A stretch of DNA of 63,242 nt, counting the filler, from Rhabdomonas costata (taxonomy: Eukaryota), in NCBI GenBank assembly GCA_019059605.1. It is 36 parts of 36 records of this genome, joined end to end, with 100 filler letters (N's around TTAATTAATTAA, not from the genome) between each part and the next. Parts side by side here need not be neighbours in the genome. Positions count along the whole stretch, not along the records: positions 59,827 to 61,484 come from JAHMHO010011160.1; positions 61,585 to 63,242 come from JAHMHO010011161.1; 34 more parts are not named here. One strand, written 5' to 3'. Positions 60,127 to 63,242 of the stretch are shown one piece after another. Made by a program: the position numbers and the translations under genes. Each line of letters begins with the position of its first letter. Positions within the stretch are counted from its first letter, which is position 1. The notes beneath the pieces were generated by a model. That model was not told the origin of the DNA. It was given only the letters and a program-made list of their open reading frames with translations, and did no database searches.

Positions 60127-62824
60127 GAGCACCACGAGTGAGTCTTCTCTGATAGTCGTGTTTTCTGTGAGGGAGAGCCCAAGGATGAAACCGATTTGCG
60201 TGCGTATGTGTGCGTCTGGTAGAAGTATGTGAAGACTGGAGACCGAGTTGAGGTCCCCCTTCTTCCCGCCCTGTACAGTTGTGTGAACTTCTCCTTCGGT
60301 CTGGCCTTGTGGCGTTTGTGTGCACCCTCGAATGCGCAGGTGGCGCCAGTCAAAGGGGGACGAGCCAGCACTTCTGCTCTAGAATGCAGTTAAGGAGCGT
60401 GGTGGACATACACACTCAATTGTGACGTCGCAACAGTGGGCCTCATCTTTTTTCTTGTGTCGTTCGGGGGTTCCGAAAGTTCCGTTTTCGTTGGAATGCA
60501 GTGGATGCCCCCTGTACCCAATTCTGCCATCAGCCGCTTGATCTGGCATCTGCTGCTCCCAAACCCCTCAAAATCCCAAAGGTCACATCTAGAAAGCACG
60601 AGCTCAATTTTCTTATCCCTTTGCACTAAAATACATTCATTCAGAGGACGCTGACAGTATACTTTACAGTCTTTTGGTCATGAAGTCTAAAATGTTCAAC
60701 CTGTTTTCTGTTATTATTGGAACTTTTGCCACCATCTAAGGTATTTGGATCAGGGAAGATATGTTTTTTTCCGATTTGTCTCGACCAAGCACACTATGTA
60801 TGCCAGTCATATTTGGTGCTGTATGGTATAACACACATCGCCATCCAGTAGTGGTATTAGTGGGCCCCATGCCTTGCCCTAGCATCTGTATTGGGGCTAT
60901 TCTTAGCTACGATGGCATGGGGCCCCTCCAATGATGCTGGTCGTTCATGGTCTCACTTCGTGAACCCATTCACTCCATACCCTCAGTAACCACACACTTC
61001 GCTGCCCGCTCCAGTGTCCACTGAAGCCCATGCTGAGGTAACGCAACTCTAAACGTCCGTTTCTCTATTAAACTGAAAGGCTCAGGGGCCAAGCTTCTTT
61101 GACTGGCGGGGAGAGTTGCCCACTTCGCGTATCTTTTCCTGTCGGCTTATTTGCTCAAGGACTTTTGCGGTATTCCCGCCTGAGAAGTAAGTCCCCCCTT
61201 TGCCCGTCCACCCCCCGGAGCGGGTCTTCTGTGTTTTGACTTTCGGGTGGGTTTCGTGTGCCTGTTAATTGTGCTTTCTGTGTGCTGCGTTCTGTTTTTG
61301 TTTGTCTTATTTCTTCCCAGCGCATGCCGGGAGCACTGATTTTCGTTGCTTGCTTGGTTACTTTGAAGGCACCTGACACCAGCCCTTCGGAAATCCGATT
61401 AGCTGCTCAATTATTCTTTGCTGTTGAGACAAGGGGAATTCAGTGGTGCAGTCCTTTGCCTTTCAAGTTTAATTACCCCAAAACNNNNNNNNNNNNNNNN
61501 NNNNNNNNNNNNNNNNNNNNNNNNNNNNTTAATTAATTAANNNNNNNNNNNNNNNNNNNNNNNNNNNNNNNNNNNNNNNNNNNNGGTGGTGTGGAAAGGG
61601 GCCTTCGGGCCCCTCTTTCCATGCCTGGTGCGCGGCGCTCCCATGCATTGGGCCGCCTAGGTTGTAGGCTCCGGGGAACAGTGTGGCATCAATTTGGCGT
61701 CGTTCAACAAAACTCATGGCAGGTGGCGTTTTTGCCTTAAAACATCAGGATGTTTGCCTTAGCTCTTAACGTGTTCGTTTCTGTTTCTTCCAAAGTTGGG
61801 CCGCGTCGGGACCGTGGATCATTCGCAGGTGCCCATTGTAAGTGGTTTTTTTGGGTGCCGTAAAGGTAGGGGCTTCAAAGCCAAAAAGCACGGCAGATGA
61901 GGACCGTTGCCCGGGATGTGACGCATCGTTCCTGATTCCTGCCCGCGGCTTGCCCCCATTTTGGGCATATGAGTTGTTTTCATTGGGTTTTGTCGTAGCG
62001 GGTTGATTTGGCACTTTCGTGCTTTCGAAATGGGTGAGGCCACAATGGTGATCAAGATGGCCGTTGCCGCAAGAATTGCGCCCAAGTTTTCTTCCAAGTT
62101 TCCTGTTGGATCGTAGCATTGAACCATTCTGAAACGTTTCCAACAGCACAACGCTGCATACTTTTTTCACAATTTCACAACCTACCGCGGATGTGCGCAC
62201 TCTCTAAAACTCTTGTCCTGGCGAATGGGCTGGTTGAAATGGGCGCTGTCCTTCAACAGATTGTAACCCGCCATCGTCTACTTGCGCGCTGGTCATGGTG
62301 AATGACACCGCTGCCGAAGGGGAGCAAAGCCATCACAAGAACAAAATACAACAAGACGTTGAGCCCGGTAACCCCTCACAAGAGTTCCTCAGGAACTACC
62401 GAGCGGCAGTTCGGGCAAGTCCACTTTCTGCGCAGCCACTGTCGCCCACAATCCTGTGAAAAAAGAACTGGTACCACTCCCACTGCCATTGCCCAGTCAA
62501 ATTCGACTTGACAAAAGTCACATCAAAGACGGAGACCATGGCACGTAACCCAAGCGTTTGATTTAACAAAGACTGGGTATGTCGAGAAGTGGACAAAAAG
62601 TAATGAAACTGTGACCCAGTTTTTCACAGGGGTTTACACTACGTTGTGCGGTCATAGAGTCCAGAAGGGTAGTTGGCTGACCCATGTTGTGCTGACACAT
62701 GGAGAAACGGTGCTTGAGAGCTTGCGCAGACATGTAGTTGGATGGCTCTTCCACTTCAAATAGCGTTTGATGATCCTTACCTCCATTCCCCTTGGTTTGG
62801 ATTTCCAGAAGGCAGTGAGGCTAC

Positions 62825-63064
62825 CTCGTGGAAGCAGTGCCCGCACCCCAGCTGCAGCGCGGGCTCCCCCACAGCCACGGGGGTCATACAGATCGAGCAC
62901 TCACAGGACGTCGCGGGCGGGTCCAGCCTCAGCGGGCCGCACAGTCTGTGCACCGCAGAGAGCGGCAGTCGGGCTTCCGCAGCGCGGCGCGCTGTCTCCA
63001 GGCTGCGGTAGGCGTGGTCCAGCCGTAGCTCACGGATGCGAAGCTTCAGTGCAAAGGCCTGCAC
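62825..63064 (-). CDS. RING-H2 E3 ubiquitin ligase, internal exon
   Basis: CSICMTPVAVGEPALQLGCGHCFHE supplies the first five C3H2C3 ligands; 240-nt AG/GT-bounded exon. Confidence 0.9.
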
Positions 63065-63242
63065 CTGGGGAGGCCTCAGCAGTCCCTACAACCATTGCAA
63101 ACAGACACTGATGGCAAAACCAAAACTCTCACTGCAGGTTCGCCTTTTAGCCCCCCCTCACCCCCGTTCGACTGGAATGTTACTCCACTCTGCGCTCAGT
63201 CAAGGCGCTGAATCCCCACAACCCCCCAAACACACCCACCAC

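Noticed and set aside
1703..61540. Regularly spaced TTAATTAATTAA as a biological repeat or CRISPR-like array
   Set aside because: Always embedded in N runs of fixed length; it is an assembly linker with stops in all six frames.
1..63242. Gene clusters across contigs (e.g. hemerythrin + flavin reductase, TRRAP + HDAC + ADA2)
   Set aside because: Contigs are of near-equal length and artificially joined; adjacency carries no linkage information.
1..63242. Most ORF-track entries as genes
   Set aside because: Short overlapping ORFs with alternative starts in intron-rich DNA; many run into linkers or arise from microsatellites.
1..63242. Euglenid non-conventional (non GT-AG) introns, spliced-leader RNA, or rRNA genes
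   Set aside because: All exons I could anchor by homology have usable GT/AG boundaries, and I saw no spliced-leader or rRNA motif. Non-conventional introns could be missed without transcripts.

Overview
This window is not a continuous locus. It holds 36 unrelated contigs of about 1.66 kb, each separated by an artificial 100-nt linker (N44-TTAATTAATTAA-N44), so nothing can be inferred from adjacency across linkers. Most contigs begin G/T-rich and end C/A-rich, and five carry fold-back inversions at their ends, which points to whole-genome-amplified DNA. The source is an intron-rich eukaryote with GT-AG introns, very degenerate donor sites and TTAGGG-type repeats. Gene content suggests a euglenozoan, probably a euglenid (inference). 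Recognisable gene fragments: an intronless tandem Venus-flytrap receptor ectodomain resembling trypanosomatid receptor adenylate cyclases, three other class III cyclase-related fragments (one catalytically degenerate), hemerythrin, a CPR/PNO-like diflavin reductase, class I HDAC, TRRAP/Tra1-like and ADA2-SWIRM-like proteins, a MAPK, a Rab7-like GTPase with an odd C-terminus, ERD2, an atypical DGAT1/ACAT-like MBOAT, an atypical mitochondrial carrier, and WW and RING-H2 exons. Mobile DNA: two decayed Ty3/Gypsy fragments and a decayed Merlin (IS1595-like) transposase. I found no CRISPR array, rRNA or convincing tRNA, and no complete novel multi-gene system can be demonstrated. The best leads are the sensory-cyclase pieces and several enzymes with altered signature motifs. 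All family assignments come from motif recognition by eye, not from database searches.
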